DNA of 64,000 bases from Basidiobolus meristosporus CBS 931.73 (GCA_002104905.1 MCFE01000496.1:2640-66639); one strand, 5' to 3'. Shown: positions 12,301-27,214, counted from the stretch's first letter. The notes: generated from the letters alone by a model not told the origin. Numbers and translations: made by a program.

Positions 12301-14055
12301 ATGGCTCACCATTATCATTCTGGAGGCACCCACCAGTCCTACCCTTCGCCTACCGTTGTTGGCGTACATTTCAGAGTGGGAAAAAAAATTGGAGAAGGTA
12401 GCTTTGGTGTTATTTACGAAGGTATCTTTTTGGAACAGCAGCATGTCTATTTTGATGGGTTTCCTGACCACTGCTACTTATCAGGAGTTAACCTTATAAA
12501 CAATCAGCCTATTGCGATTAAATTTGTATCTTTTTACCACAAACTATATACATATATATATCGAGCCTTCACAAGCGTTGCCACTTGGTATTCCTTAATT
12601 TGTTGGATTGCAGGAGCCAAGGAAGACTGATGCTCCCCAACTTCGTGACGAATTCCGCACTTATAAAATCATGGCTGGAACTCGTAAGTGGGATATTTGC
12701 TTATTTGTTTTGGTTCGTATGTACTGACAATTGGCATGGGGCCTATGCAGCGGGTATACCTTCTGTTCATTATTTTGGCCAGGAAGGGATGCACAATGTA
12801 CTTGTTATTGACTTATTAGGCCATAGTCTTGAAGATCTATTCAACATATGCCGAAGAAAGTTTAGCGTTAAAACTGTGGCAATCCTCGCGAAGCAAATGG
12901 TAAGCTTTTAGCTTGTTAGATTGGAGCACAGATAAAGACTAATTTTGCTGTCGTCCTTTGTAGATCACCAGAGTCCAAGCAGTCCATGATCACAATTTAA
13001 TATACCGAGACATTAAGCCGGACAACTTTTTGGTTGGGCGACCTCACACTAAATATGCCAATTTTGTATATATGGTTGACTTTGGAATGGCAAAATTATA
13101 TCGTGATCCCAAAACAATGCAACATATACCATATAGAGAGAAAAAGAGTCTAAGCGGGACTGCGAGATATATGAGTGTAAATACGCATCTAGGGCGAGGT
13201 CAGCATATAGCAAGCCAGTATTTCAGTTCCCTCGAGACATCTGTGCTCATATTACTTTTATTTCCTAGAGCAATCGCGGCGTGATGACCTGGAGTCTCTG
13301 GGCCACGTTTTCATGTATTTCTTACGTGGATCACTTCCATGGCAAGGGCTAAAGGCAGCTACCAATAAGCAGAAATACGAAAAAATAGGGGAAAAGAAGC
13401 AGACGACCCCTGTCAAAGAGTTATGTGAAGGGTTTCCAGGTACACGAATCAGTAGCAGCGCCCTCCGAATGACATACTAACCTAGCGCCTGGTTAAAGAG
13501 GAGTTTGGTGTTTACTTGACTTACTCTCGAAAGCTTGGGTTCGAAGATGCCCCAGATTACGACTATTTGCGCAGCCTCTTCGATAATGTACTTCAAAAGA
13601 TTGATGCACAAGATGATGGTGTATGCGATTGGATGCTATCAGAAAATCGTGGTCGACTTGAGGTATTCTTTCTATATGTCCGATGGATTTTGCTTAAAAG
13701 TCGGGACGAATAACACTTACAGCAGTGCCATGACCAGAAGCTGCGCCCCGCCGACGTTGCACGACTGAATACCGCTCGTGGAACCACATCGCAGCGACAA
13801 AGCGATAGGTACCAGCAAGGGAACGTTAGCCATGAGGCTTCTCGCACTTCACATCAGCTGAGCTCGACTCACCCAAGCCGCACACGAATCAATCCCTCTG
13901 GTAGTCAGCAACTCCTAAACCCGGGCCATAAATATTCGGGCAGAGATGACATTACTCGTCCTCAAAGACATAACATAGCCGCCCAACCGGCAAATAAAAG
14001 AGGTTTGTGGGATAAACTAGCGGAGTTCCTAATGTGCAGATCTTGCACCAGCTAA
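12301..14055 (+). CDS. Casein kinase I, Yck/Cki (CK1-gamma-like) type, ~7 exons
   Basis: [63 protein letters not shown]-terminal CRSCTS carries two Cys, consistent with the lipid-anchored subfamily. Confidence 0.97.
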
Positions 14056-14790
14056 GCTTGAACGCGCAAAGAATCCCCTCACCTCCTCATGCCACACAAT
14101 ACCTTATCGCGTAGCTTTCTTCACGTTTGGCCTATACGCATATTCTTTTATAACCAATTAAACCATATAACTTGTTGGTGGCTCTTAGATCGTCTATTCA
14201 CTTCGAGGGATGTAGGCGAACAGATCGGAGTATGGACAAGCAGATGTCTTTTTGATGCCGAGTTTCTCTCTACCTGACCATTGTTGTGATCTACGCAAGC
14301 CAGAGTTCATTTATTTGTTTCTAATTTCTTGTTTCTGTTGGGTCCTTTTGGTGTTTGAGCAATGTAATAAGCGACTGTTTCTCACTTTCCCCTCTTCCAC
14401 GAATTATCTATACATTCATACGTTTCACTTTCTATATAGTACGATTCCCCTTTATCCTTTCGATTTTTACATATATCTTAGGAATATATATACATACATT
14501 TATATAATGCACACATTCAATGAGTTCTATATAAATCCCATTTAGAAGCTACCGGATATGGACACGAGTGAGGTCAACCATTTGATTCGACTGAGGATGT
14601 GTGTGGCTCTAATTGCTAGAGTTTTTGTACAGGGTTGTGGGGATGCGGGTAATTCAGGAAAATTCTGATTCTTCAGATGTAAATTTGAAGGCATTCTACG
14701 TCATAGTTATAAACCATAAATGCACCATCGCTCGTTGGGCGAAATTCAATCTCTACTGGATACCTTGTCGTTCGTGGAGACTGTAGTGCA

Positions 14791-17700
14791 ATGCTTTCTT
14801 TAAGAAGCACACGAAAACTGGTATTTACGCGAGGGCTCCCTACACAGCGGCGCTTTTTAACCACCACAAACGGGTCCGGTTTAGGTAGCGTTACCGAACA
14901 GGTGAATGCTCTGTGTGATTTGTGCTTTTTATCCAAGTTTAATTCAAAAATGTATGCTGGTAATGGATAGGTATTGGAGCCTATTAAAGGGGCAGTTTAT
15001 TATGATAACGTTTACCCGATACGTTTTGCTCGGTTCGACATACGAAACTTGCTGTTTCAGCCAAGCAAGAACTCTTTAGAGAAAAGAGTTAAGGGTAGTT
15101 TTTTACCCGAAAATCTGCCTTACGATTTTCAAGTTCGCGGGGTAGAGCCAAGGCAAGTCCAGTAGCTTGGTGTGATGTGTTGCGCTGTCAACTAACTTGC
15201 TTTTTCACGCTGTTGACTAGATTGAAGGATGGTGGTATGCTTATGTATTATTCCATTAATCCGCTCAAGATTGGCACCGACGCTGTAAATGCTCAAAGGG
15301 AGGTTGTGAACCGTATACGTACCCACCTTGAGAGTGGACTCAAGGTTAACTGGTTTAACGGCCAAAAGACCAATGCGTTCAGAGTGAAGGTAATCAGCCA
15401 CTGCGAAAATTGGTCCTAACGAAGCACCGCGTCTAATCTTTCGTAGGGTGAGCCATTTATAGAAGATATGCTTACGAAGTATCCCACCAGGTTGGTCAAG
15501 CTTTTCCTATCTATCTTTCATCGGTGTTAACCAAGGATGTTTTGGCAGTCGAGTAAGAGTCGAATTTCAAGGCGCGGATCTGTCGATAGTGCGTGCAAAG
15601 TTTAAATAGCTCCCACAGATTTGAAGAGAATTTAACCAACCACCACAATAGGAAACGTTGTTCCGCGAGTTTCGACCATTTGGGAAAATCTTTGATATTC
15701 AATTGCAATCTCCCGCATCCAAAGACCTTCCCAGATATGCCATCGTACAGTTTTCCCGTATCCGGTCTGCTACCAGTGCCAAAAATTGTGTCCATGGAGA
15801 GGTCGTAAATGGTACACGACTCTCCGTAGCGTACGAGAAAACCATGGTCAGTATACTGTCTAGTGTGCTGCGTGTCTAGTAATAACAGCCAAGTAACTGC
15901 TATGATTTTAGAAAGCAAATGTCATTAAGGACTGGATCACTTCCCACCCAAGATTCACGGTAAGGCCATCATTGATACGACCTGGGAGATATCGACAATT
16001 GGCCATCTGACACTCTGTCATGCAAGGTTCCCTTCTTTGCCGCGTCGAGTATCGGTATCATATACGCTATCTTTGACCCCATCCGTGTCTTCTTTGTGAC
16101 GAACCAGATCACCCAGCGATTCAATCCAGATCAATATCCAGCACTAAGATGGCTTCGCAGAGAAACTATCGACAGATTAACGCTATTTAAGAACAAGAAG
16201 GACTCGCGGCAATCGTCGATTCTTGGTGGAAGAGAGCAAGACGAGGCTCGCCTGCGAGATCTTCTCCAAGAGGCTCCAGGTATTTTCTTGCTCCCCCAGT
16301 AACTGGCACACGTCACTCTAACGATACCTTGTCTATGCCGTAGGGTCGTTCATATTGGTAACCGGTCCACAAGGCTCCGGTAAAGAGGATTTGGTGAAGA
16401 AGCTGACTGACGATAGCAAGTATGATTGGGTTGTTGATTGACATGTATTGACCAATGGCACTTACGGATAAATCGCGTAGGCACAAGATTGTCATTGACT
16501 GCAAGAAAATATCCGGCGCTCGAAACGACAATGAGCTATTAAAGATCTTGGCTAAGCAAGTGGGCTACTTCCCTTTGTTCAGTTTTTTGGTCGGCGCTAC
16601 CAATCTTTTGGATAGTTTTGTGAGTGCCACTACCGGTCAAAAGGCTGGTGAGTAATACGGTCAAAGTACCTTCAAGTGCTAATCTCTGAACGTGCACTCA
16701 TTGAAATATGACCAGGTCTTTCATCCACAACTAGTTCACAGATCAAAAAGATTTTGGAGTGTATAGCGATCTCTTTGCATTCGGTGGTCAGAAAGATCAG
16801 AAGCCAGCATGAGGAGGAGATCAAGGAAAAAGGAAGCCTGCTTGAAGAGGATGATATTCCGGTTGTGATCATCGACGGATTCATGTACAAGGAAACCGAG
16901 CAACTCCAGGATTTGTGGACCAACCTTGCCGAGTGGGGAGCACTTTTGGTTGAAGGCAAATTAGCCCATGTAATCTTTGTCAGCAAGAATGTTGCCGCGC
17001 TCAAGAATTTGAGTAAAGGTAACTCCTCCAACTCCACTTTCTCCGTTGACGTTTTGCTCAATACCAGCACTATATTATAGCATTGCCCCAGAAGCCCATC
17101 GACGTTGTGACACTTCGTGATGCCAGCCCGGAGAATGCTATGGCATATGTCCAGCATGCGCTGGGTACTGACGATCTACCTGAGCTGAAGGATTCGGTCA
17201 GCTTATTAGGGGGTAGACTGACTGATCTTGACCAATTCATTCAAAAAGTCAAGATGGGCTTTACACCTATTGGTTTGTTGCTGGTTTCTGTGCATCATTG
17301 ATTAAGGGCCAAGCTTAAATAAGTTCACATGTAGAGGCTATAAACGATATCATCCATAAGTCGTTAAATGAGCTTCGCAAAAACGCATTTGGAGGAGACT
17401 TCTCTAAACAGAAGCAGCTGCAATGGAGCCCCATCCAGATTTGGTACTTGATTGAAGAGATTGTTAAGAATGCAGAGGTAAAGTACAAACGACGCATTGT
17501 CGCGCGTGGTCCCACGAAAACTTCACAGCATGACAGGCCATACTAATCGTTGAAACCAGGTAAACTACGACCAAGTTGTGTTTTCGCGATTATTCAACGG
17601 CAACGAAGAGGCACTTCACGCCATGGAGTATTCTGGTTTGATCAGCATCATCCACGCTAGGGGTACGTACTTTGCACATGCTGTAGACGCTAGGTTTGCT

Positions 17701-18055
17701 TTGTGTCGATGCTGATCGTATATGGTCTTGTTTTTCCAAAGGACGTCCGTACGCGATTCGCCCAGGCAAACCTGTCTATTATTCTGTGTTCGCCGAGCTA
17801 TTGGCCGATGCTCAGTTTGCCTCCAAGATGACCATTCTCACTAACAAGCAGATCATTAGTGAGGAAAATGAGAAAATTGCAAAGTACGAGCATGAGTTGA
17901 AGGAGATTCACGCCGCTTTCGTGAACCTGCGCATTCCTAAAGAGATGGAGGGCAGAACCAAGTGGCTAGTTGAGAATGTGAAGATAAGTCATGAAAAGGT
18001 CTCCACTCTGGAGAAGGAGAACAAATTGGCTCTGGAGGAATTGAGCCAGCTCTAG
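14791..18055 (+). CDS. YME2: Mitochondrial escape protein 2 (RRM + RNA12 domain), multi-exon
   Basis: Arg-rich presequence-like exon 1 (MLSLRSTRKL...). EPRLKDGG, GEPFIEDM, RRM FRPFGKIFDI...YAIVQFSRIRSATSAKNCVHG, GPQGSGK, VVIIDGF, LLGGRLTDL. Confidence 0.92.
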
Positions 18056-18598
18056 TTGTGCCGATGGCCGAGTTGATCCCAATGGGCTCTTTATCGCATC
18101 GTCGTTGTCAAGGGTGTTGAAACATTCAATCTCACCGAGTTGGTCAAAGCCTGCGGGCCAGCTCGAGTTAACCCATTTTCTTGGCAAACATTCATATAAA
18201 CCATACACGCAATAATTTCTACTCAGCCCTGATTGTTTTTTGTCCGACCCACTGCGTGAATCCCGTGATACATTCAACATATCCATTTAGGTCTCTCAAA
18301 TGCAATGCCCGCATTTGTTACTAGGAGTAGTTTTGGAAGCAAGCGGTCATTTGAATGGACTCTGGTGAAATGAATAGTCGGGGCTCCACCGGTTTTTACG
18401 GTAGTCCCGACATAGTGAAAGCAAAGGAACAGGAACTGGTTGTTGCCAGGATTCTTTGGAGCGCTATTCAAAGATTTATTTGGTTGTTCAGGCGTCTGTA
18501 CAATATAATGCAAGTATACCCATAGGGGATCCATTTTGGCAATGAGCGAATGAGGACTACCCCACGAGCTGATATTGAGGGGGGACTACATGTAGGGT

Positions 18599-20077
18599 TT
18601 ATGGTTTGACTTGGCCTATCAACCAAAGAAAGCTAACAACCCAGCAGGTCAAGGCTGGTGCGGCCAAAACGTAGGCATACAGCAGCAATTGCGCTGTTTG
18701 ATCTTCTAGATATCCCTCGGTTTGGCAAATGTTGATGAGATTGATTGCGGTGGGGCTGCTTCCTAGGACCATCATGGTCAGAAGAAACAATGGGTCCTGT
18801 CCCAAGCTGAAGAGATGCCGGGTAGCCATCACAATCCCCGCGGATACCAATGGCATCATCAGAAGGCGAACCACGAGCGCATACACAATCGAGCGTTGGA
18901 TCTTGTACCCTTTGCCAAACAGCCCATTTAGTTGCGCCCCCAGGCAGAGCAATATCAGCGGTATCGAGGCGTTACCAGTAGTATCAACCGCTCTGGTCAG
19001 TGGCCTGAGAACTGCGTTTGGGCCAAACATCGCCTCTCGTACCGGATCAATCAGCCCAACAACCAATCCGACAAAAGTAGCAATGAGTGGTGGGTTCATG
19101 ACACGTTTGACCGCACCAAATGCTTTCTTGAATCTACCCCAGATGGTTGTACGTTTGGTTTCAATGACAATGATGGACTTTAAGGAATCGGTGTCCTCTT
19201 TTTCATTGAAGTTCATGACGGTGATCACTCTGTTCAACTCCTTGGACGGCAGTGACAATCGTTGCTGGGGTAATGCCTCATCGTTGGAAGGATGCGCTTC
19301 TCGAACTTCTGACGGTTCGTCCATGGACGCGATGTCTGATTGCCCCTTCAATTCCTTGGGCTTTTTTAACAAAGTCATTCCGTAGCTGAAACGGAGAATG
19401 TTGCCCAAAATGGCGAAGACCACGATGTACGAAATCCCTCTGAATGGTGTGGTTAATGGAGGGTTCTGAAAATCGAGGGCCATCGAATTTACCTGGCTTC
19501 GATCTGTGGCGCGGTCTCTCCCTCGTGCCATTGTAAAAGGGTAGCTGCCGAACTCCCAGCCAAGCTCTGGATCAAAGGGATAGGGAGGCTGTTGGTGTTT
19601 GGGAACATGGTGGCAGCCTGGGAAAAATTCCTCTCTTCTTTGCTGAACTTGAAGATGAACGAGGAGGCGAATGTGATGATCATGGTCGCGATAGTAAACA
19701 CCAGGGAGTAGACGGGGATAGGCCAATATGCCATCAATATGGAGGGGGAGATACTGGAGGCAACGTTGACGAAAAGCAGACATGGGGTCAAGAAATTTAG
19801 ATTCAACGAGGAGAGAAACTGCAGAAATACAACATTAGAATACATGGAAGTATTGGAAAACCAACAAAGTTAGCTAGACCTTTTGATAGGAAGGGGTCAG
19901 CCATCCATGCCTGCACAGATATACCCCTGCCCCACAGGTAATGGCGATTTGAATGATAGCCTAGGATTTAGGAAATAGGTTAGTCGTCTGCTCGTGCAGT
20001 GCACTCATAGCCACTCGAAAGAGATGGAGGAGTTGGTTCACCTCAACACTAGCTCGTATATACTTCAGTATGTCCAT
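18599..20077 (-). CDS. PIN-like (PILS / Mem_trans, auxin-efflux-carrier family) transporter, 4 exons
   Basis: LNLNFLTPCLLF, FPNTNSLPIPLIQSLA, RGISYIVVF, NPPLIATFVGL, GNASIPLILLCLGAQL, SSPTAINL. Confidence 0.9.
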
Positions 20078-23000
20078 GTCGGCTGCTATCACAAGGATTC
20101 AAAGGAGAAACCAACTTCGTAGGAATAAGACGAAGTATTCAAAATATGTGTGAGCTGCTGGCACCGAGACGCGCTTTTATACTCAACTCGGTATGAGCAT
20201 CGCAGTATGAGATTTGATATGGATTTTCATGCAATGCTGCAAGGGATCGCAAATTAGATAAGCCTCTTGAATTAATATAGGACAGGGAGTTGCAGTTGAA
20301 ATCCCTCATCATTGAAAAGAGGATGGCCTCAACCGTCTGGAAACCTGGTGAAAGTCAGCTATGCACGACCATTCATGTGCCACTCATTGTTTACCAGACG
20401 GTTTCTATCCCGCAGTCCACAAGGCTCTCTCAGTGCCATTAGGGTGTCTAGAGTGTCGGCCATCTCTTCATGAATGCACCATCGACCAGTCGTCATCACA
20501 TTATCTCTGAAATGAATGAGCGGGTCCAGTGTTGCAGATGTGTGGAGACACTTCTAACTACGGGCTGCGTGTACAGCACAAAGTGTGTATTCGAGGGTCC
20601 ACCGGCGCCCTGGGATGCTAGGCATTGTCGGGTATGAGAAAACCCGAAGAAACCGCTGAGTCGTGGTTACTTCGGATATGCTTGAGATCTGGCCCGACCA
20701 GTAAGCTAATCAACCTCATCCACTACATCGTAGCACATGGGGAGCTGGCATGTGGGACTGGCTATCTGGTAGCGATGACATAGCAACTGTATTAACTACG
20801 TTCCCTGCGTGGATGAGAGCGATTGATCTTTGCATGTGTACTGCTGCAGAGTAGCGGCTAGGAAAAAACCAGGGTGCAAGATGCCGTTGGTTATTTGCAG
20901 AGCATCTGTACAATTCGTCAATTCGTCCGTCATGAATCAAGTCAGCTCCAACCTTTTCTGATCAATGCAGACTCGGGATTCGGGGAATTTCCTCCTCAAC
21001 CTTTTGAACACCGTTTCTTAAGATTCATACCCTGAGGTACGGATCACTCGCGAGTTTCCATTTCTGGCCGAATCTCGTAAATGCCATGATTGGTATCCGC
21101 AACAAGGTGTAATTATGCCTCCTTAGAGGTCTCAATGCGATTTTGCGGACTAGTCAGAGAAGGCTATCTGCCACATAGTTGCTGATTTTGTTTACCACTG
21201 TACGTGTGATGTCATTGCAGAGTGGCAGGCCTGGCCAGAGGAAACTCACCATCATGCGCTACTTTAATCGTACCGTTCCTGAGAACAGTACAGTAATGAG
21301 CAAGTTGATTCGACAACGATCTCAGCAGGCAGGCCACTCGCCGGACGACAGACATTGTGTTGTGTCGTAAGCTCTGGCACGGTAAAGGCCGTGGGAGAGG
21401 GCTTGTGTGGAGCAGAGAGCCCAAGCCAACTGGGAGTCTGGCGGAGAGACACCCGCTGGCAAACCCCCAGGTATCAAGCACCAGTGAACTAGACCTCTTG
21501 GTGCGATTAGTATGCCTCGCTGCATGATATCTGTTACTAAATCATTGCGAGCATGTAGTTTGCATATCACATCATGCGTAGATGATAACGGTTTTGAGGC
21601 TTATGAGGGCCAGCATCTCATGCAGACATTCAGACAACTTGGTTAGAACTCCATGCTGAGAGGAGACCCTGGTTGGTGCTGGAGGATGACCTGATCATCA
21701 ATGTGTGAAGGTTCCCTAACTATCATATCAGAGTGGGTGGCTCCTAAAACGTGATGGTGGGAACTTCCTGAGGATTCGGGGTAGTTTATGAAAGGATCGC
21801 CAAAACGTCCCAGCAAAGCACTTGACTCATAGAAATTCATCTTTTGACTGGTGAGATAGATATATGGCGACTGAAACGTTGGAAATGATGTTTTCATATC
21901 GGATTAGCTATCTTTCGATCCATCTGTTTGTGGCATGACTAAACATGCTCGCCATAGCCTCTATCATTGCATTCATGAGCGTACTCTGATCAGGAACTAT
22001 CAAGTAATGCTCGGCAATTGCTGGATAGAAATCGGGCATTGGTGAGGAAGCCGGTGTTACTTGTAACACCAAGAGCGGTCCACCGTTTCGATGGGCTCTC
22101 TGCTGCAAGGACACCAGTTGCAAGCGTGATTATTTTTATCTCGGTGCTTTACCCAGCACGAGCGGATATGAATCGACAGTTGGTGGCCAGAAGAAGATTG
22201 GCCTTGCTTCGTCTAATCAATCATTCAAGTGGTCTTCTGCTGACGACTACCATCACGGCTAGCGGCGATGCCCTCTTGTGTTCGTATCTTCACTTCGTTG
22301 CTACCGTAGAGCTTCCACTCTAAATATACGGGCCGTCGACTCGCCCCTTCCACGTATGAACAATAGTTGGTCGCTTCTCTTGATCAAAGTTCACAACCAG
22401 ATGTTTTCAGTCAGTGACCATCATTTGTTCATCTCTTGGACGGAGTTGACCATCTGTCACAAGTTCGGCACTGGCCAACCTGGGCCAGGCACGAAAACCC
22501 CTATACCTCTTGACCCAGATACAAGTCACATTCTCAAACTGCCAAACGGTGAGTATTGAGGTTTGGCTAATTCAAGTCAAATCAATGGAAGCAACCAAAA
22601 AACACAAATACGCATGATATTCTGAGTTGGCACCACCTCATAACACAACACACTTCCAAGTAAACATAATATATCAACAGATATTCTATGACCATGGCAG
22701 CAGTAAACAATCGACAGAGCAACCATGGGCACTGCACTGAACACCATTTCTTTCGAATGGCTACCGACACGCCAAAGGCTACCCTGCTCTTTCAGATGCA
22801 TGATAGCGTCCAAGAGAGGAAGGTTCAAGCATGGATTTCCCAGAGCTGGGTCCGTGATCGCTTTACAACTATGACTGAGGCAGCCCAATCACTTGCACGC
22901 ATAAAGCTGTCCAACAATAATTGGTGATGAGCTAACTCCCAAAGGAAACCCATCCACGGCCACCATGATATACGTAGATGAGGCAGCCAGATATGATCAC

Positions 23001-24475
23001 CCGTTTTGGGGAGAATGGCCATTCTAGCTACCCGAAACATGGATGAATCACAACTGCAGGTTGACTCGGTGCTTGACTGCAGGCATACTCTCTGTAATGC
23101 GCATGCATTCTCATCACGAGTCGGATGCATGAATGCGAGCCGCGCTTGTTTCAGAGAACAGGCGTTCGGATTCAGTGCATGCAAGATTACACCACAGATG
23201 AAGTGATGGAATATCAGGGAGTATCGAGCACGCCCCCTTGATTGGTGCAGAGCAATCCATGATATTTGTTAAACCCAACCACAGCACAGTTGCAGGTTAT
23301 TTGTTTAACAACCACTGTTTGTTGGACCAGATGCATTCCACCCACTTGACACCCCTCAGGCCGTAGCATCCAGCACTGGCTGGTCACATGAGCCAGCGGA
23401 TGATGTAAACGAGGATTCATTCACCAGGAAGGCCAGATCTACCACGATCCATGCGGGATAGGCGTGATTTCAGGGCTTCCATCGAGCGGGGCTGCATGCT
23501 CCCGACCACTTGCACCGCAAGGGATTCTGGCGACCCTCAGTGGCATCCTACATGGATTCTGCTGGAGAGCCAAATCATTCGGCGGATTATTTCAGCCTTC
23601 AATTGGAGGAAAACATTTTCATGTATTACATTGGTGATTACGTTTCTAAGAAATCCTTCCCAGATTGAGATGGTTTGTAGATGCCTTAGGCACTGTGGGT
23701 GATCGATATTTGCTGAGATTTGGGGCTTTGTTCAATGGAAAAAAAAGAAACGAAGCTTATTTTGATATGTCACGCAAGAGATATTATTGTACATTAGCAT
23801 TTCCTTAATCCTCATACCATCGCTATCTACGCCCGCCCCACCAATCAGAACGCCGCTCCGTGGATGATGGTGAACCGAATGCAAAATGTCGATTCTCTGG
23901 CAAGGAATCCTCGCCAATTCCTACTGTGCCCTTTCTAACAAATATCTTTATATTACCCCGTTGACCGATTATTTTGCTCCTTCCTTTTTCTTTGATTTCC
24001 ACACTTCAGGACTATTTTATTTATCTTAGTTTAGTACCTTTCCCACTCCTTTTTGTCGTCACCCTTTATTTTCATGAGCACAAGCGTTGACCTAGCAATA
24101 CTCTAATACTTTCGAGATCCTTTTGTATGGGCATATCCTCTTGTCACGCAACTCTTCAACCTACTTTGAAAGCTCTTCCTCGTCCAACGCCATTCGTTTG
24201 AACCCCGTTTCCCATAATACTCTGCTCCGACACCGATTGCAAGCAAGTCTTTAGTACTGCTCCAGTTATTACCTGCCCCGCATTACTCTTAATATAATTT
24301 TCCCCGACTGTCTTTCGCTCCGACCACCTGCTATTCTCGTTTCTCGTCATTCTCTGTTGAATCCAGCTATCTACTAAACAAGCTGTTCGTCCCTTTTCTG
24401 CTCGGTGGCTACTTTAAGCTCAAGTGAAGCTTTATCGACATAGCTAAACCAGTTTCCCTCTCAAAAACATTCCAC

Positions 24476-26433
24476 ATGGCTGGTCCACCAAGCGAAGTTG
24501 ATTCACAATGTTCTAGAAGTCGAGCAAGAGAACCAGTGTCTGTAAGTAAGACCGCCAGGTTATCGCCGGAGTATACGTTACTGAAATTACCTATTCTAGC
24601 GACTGAAGGCGTCTTTCCAACGTCAAAGCCATCGACTAAGCGTGTTTGTCCACAAACCGCTAACACGAGAGAGTTCAATCAAAGTATGCCAACCAAATTC
24701 AGGTTTTTGTGGGGAGCACGAACTGATGAGCTTTGTTCTGTCTAGTCTGCAAATTCCACGGCCTCCTACAGTTACTATGCCAAGCAAATCGGCGACATAC
24801 TGATGGCGGATGATTTCAATTTACTGGTAGCAATTTGCCAAACAACCATAGGAGGGGACTCGGCGGCAAATTTCGCCAAATCTATCGTTGTTTGGTTAAA
24901 GCAAGAGAACTCGAGCTGGCTTGAGCACTTTCTCAAACGGATACTGAAACAAAAGATGGCCGAAAATTGTAAGCAACATGTGTAGTGCAGCTGTCAGGCA
25001 TTTTTCTAATTTCTGTGCAAATGGTTTGGGTAGACGCGAAAGGGCTGGACGCCAGCGACACGCTGCGCGAGAACTGTATGACCACAAAGCTGATGAACTC
25101 TTTTTTGTGGCATGAGGGGCAAGGCTACTTAATGGACTCGCTCCACCATACGATGCTCTCGATCCATCCCTTCGCATCAAATTGCGAGATCGATGGGTTT
25201 CGCATGGGAAGGGAGTCCACCTCGGAAGAAATTGAAGAGCACAAAGATTATCTCGAGAAAGCCTGTGTCATGCTCCTGGCATCCATGCTGGGAAACCAGC
25301 ACAAGATGCCCGCTTCGTTTCGACGTCTATGCTACTTCATGAAGACCGAGATCGAAAAGACCTGGGGGCCAATGGCAGCCAAGCCACGCTTAGAGGCTGA
25401 GGAGGCGAAATCCAATCGTGCCTCTCTTACGATGAGCAACTACCTGAAAAGATTATCCAACGAAATCGTGACTTCCATCTCCAAGACTGGCAACTACATT
25501 ATCTCTCCATCGAAAATAGAAGAGTTGGATCAGAAACGCCCTAAATCGGAAATCTCCTACTCCGCCAACAAGGAATACAAGATCTCCAGAAATTCCGGTT
25601 CCTGGAAGCAAGATACAATGATGTCGCTCTCTGAGAAGGCCGTCGGTAGTCTCTTGTTTTTGAGGTTTTTCATTCCAGGTAATCGACAGACGTCAACACT
25701 GCAAGGAGCCCAGCAAATACTAATGCTCGTGCCTCCCATCCAGCAATCATCTCACCGGATCGCTACGGCCTTGTCAACCGGTGTGTTACGATGGAAGAGC
25801 GTCGTGGCTTTCTACTATGCGCCAAGGTGCTCACTGGAATGTGCAACAACGTAGATTTCGGCAAGAAGGAGGCATACATTCGCATCATGAACCCGTTCAT
25901 CCACGAGTACCGGGGGATGGTCAGGTCGTTTGTCAAGTTTGCATCCGCCAGCTCGTTGGTAAGCCCAAATGTTCTTTCCTTCTGCGCCAATCAACTTCTA
26001 AACTTCTATTTTCAGGGGGGCAACCGAAGGCCACCCGTGGATGGGGAAAGCCCATGTTCACCCCACCAAGTTTTTTCTAGCAATGGTGCCAGTGAGGATA
26101 TGATCGAATTTCTACATGCGAATATCTCCAAGATCGAAAGAGACCTGCAGTCTGCAGTCCAGCTCTTTTCCACAAACGAGGCAAATGTACGCACTTCTAC
26201 TATCCCGCTCACTACAAACATGGTTCTAATCCGATGTTTCTCCCCAAAAGCACGTGTTGACTTCTTTCACTTCCCTGAAAACCTTGGTGGTAGAATGTAT
26301 GCACGAGCAGCAGCAGCAGCAGACATCAAGACAATCCAGCCCACAGTCCGGCCCAATGTACCGATTGATTCGCAAATTTGGATTCTTCCAGACAAGGTCA
26401 AAGGCCGAGGAAGAGACGAGCAAAGGTAGATAG
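24476..26433 (+). CDS. RasGAP-domain protein, multi-exon (5' exon structure uncertain)
   Basis: TLRENCMTTKLMNSF (arginine-finger segment), CEID, MPASFRRLC, LLFLRFFIPAIISPDRYGL, LLCAKVLTGMCN, KKEAYIRIMNPFI. Confidence 0.85.
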
Positions 26434-27214
26434 AAGGTGAACCTGGCCTCACCGCGACCCGCGCTGACCGCTCCCTCACAATCTAGATGGCCGTAAAAAC
26501 CCATGTGTAGCAACAAAAATCCCCCGACATCCCTCTCCACCCATCACTGACCAACGGTATGCCAGCTGGGCTTAGCTCGTCGCTAGCAATATCGCACCTT
26601 TATTTGCGGAATGGCCCAGTTTCTTTTGCTTCTGAATAGACAGAGGTATTTGGTTTGGGCAAGAGCTCTGACAACCCAACGCACCGATATACCAGGCGCA
26701 TTGTGGAATGCCAGCAATTCCATTGGACTGGCCACCGTATCACATGCACCGAACCACGCTTCCAATTGTTCACCCGCTTCCGTCACTTCACTTCTCTTAA
26801 TTTCTATTGTTTACCAGCGTTCTTGATTTTTATTTCCTTCCCACCATCCGTCAGATAAGCACCAGATGCCCTACCTTTGTACTCGCAACCATCCACTGTT
26901 TCACAAACCCCCAGCATAATTACCATACCTTCGATGGCACCAACCATCCAGACTGATTAGTTCGAAAGAAGGCTTGATCGGAAAGAGGGATATTCAAGTC
27001 CACCCGAATTAAACGTCTCTTTAATCAGCACACCCCGTTGCTTTTTGCAGGTGATTTTTATGCCTTTCTACGGGGGCGCCACCCAGGATCCAAAAATAAG
27101 CCTATCCACATGTACTGCTGTTTTATTGTGCATGCCTGAGACGAGGGGAGGGGCGGGTGGCATGTGGTAGCGATGAGAGATTTTAGGCGGTGGCAGCGAT
27201 AGGCACTTGTCTGG

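Noticed and set aside
18729-19385. 218-aa plus-strand ORF
   Set aside because: Antisense shadow of the PIN-like transporter exon.
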